Shown: piece after piece, positions 63,451 to 64,000 of the stretch
How the letters are laid out: every line of letters starts with the position of its first letter
Numbering within the stretch: the first letter of the stretch is position 1
Origin: Leptogorgia sarmentosa
Lineage: Eukaryota
Direction of reading: 5' to 3'
Assembly: GCA_964658305.1 (NCBI GenBank)
Contig: OZ210885.1
Coordinates: 12,276,001-12,340,000, forward strand
DNA: 64,000 bases
The notes under the pieces: generated by a model
Told to the model about the DNA's origin: nothing
The model's database searches: none
The model's input: the letters and a program-made list of their open reading frames with translations, nothing else
Position numbers and translations under genes: made by a program

Positions 63451-64000
63451 AAGTAAGAGAGACATAATCCAAGTGCACGTACGTTTATTTGGCATTTTGT
63501 TGCAGACGCATGATATCGTGCTTTGAAAGGAATTTGCAATGTGACATTTTATAACGTTACTCTGCAAACTGGAAATAATTTCGAAACATTTTCGTAGAGT
63601 CACCGAGTGTTAAAATGATTATTGAAAGAAAAAGCGATTCTGTATTCATTTTGTGTCACATAACTCAACGCCGTCATATCTCGCGAACGTTCGAGCAATT
63701 CTGTTTGCGGGTTTCACTTGAATGGTGCTGCGTCGAAGAACAATATAACTGACATAACTCAGCAAGACACTCATATGTGACATTTTACGTGGGAACAGAA
63801 AGCCGCAATGATTAGATTAGCGTCAGCAATAAAGATAATAAATATAACTGATAGCACAATTTACATGGTTTTTTTCGGCGCTCATTTCAGGCTAAAGTTT
63901 ATGCAAATTTGGGTAAATCTTTTAAAATACAATATGAAACTGCACTACGGTCGTTGTGAAACATTCAAGATCGTTAAGGTCACAAAGACATTGTCAACAT

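Overview
AT-rich, intron- and repeat-rich animal DNA; the repeat families and gene architecture look cnidarian, possibly coral or octocoral (inference). The window opens with a cluster of 8 tRNA genes/pseudogenes (1.1-3.0 kb), followed by decayed transposons (3.5-20 kb: SGNH esterase, 2A plus herpes-type cysteine protease, CACTA-accessory-like, Tc1, MITEs). One long minus-strand gene then spans 62070-20375. I assembled it by hand into 13 phase-compatible GT-AG exons (5490 nt, about 1829 aa): HEPN (RxxxxH) - coiled coil - NB-ARC - WD40 repeats - trypsin-fold serine protease (H/D/GDSGS) with a poly-Asp loop, i.e. a STAND-type receptor with a candidate effector at each end. Its introns hold a dead NACHT exon, a young BEL/Pao LTR retrotransposon with a nested hAT transposon and an apparent self-priming PBS, a Helitron remnant with 2A plus OTU, two roughly 2-2.4 kb palindromes, and small elements whose terminal hairpins contain tandem GA/GA mismatches and GAA triloops. 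All domain calls are by eye from motifs; no searches were run.
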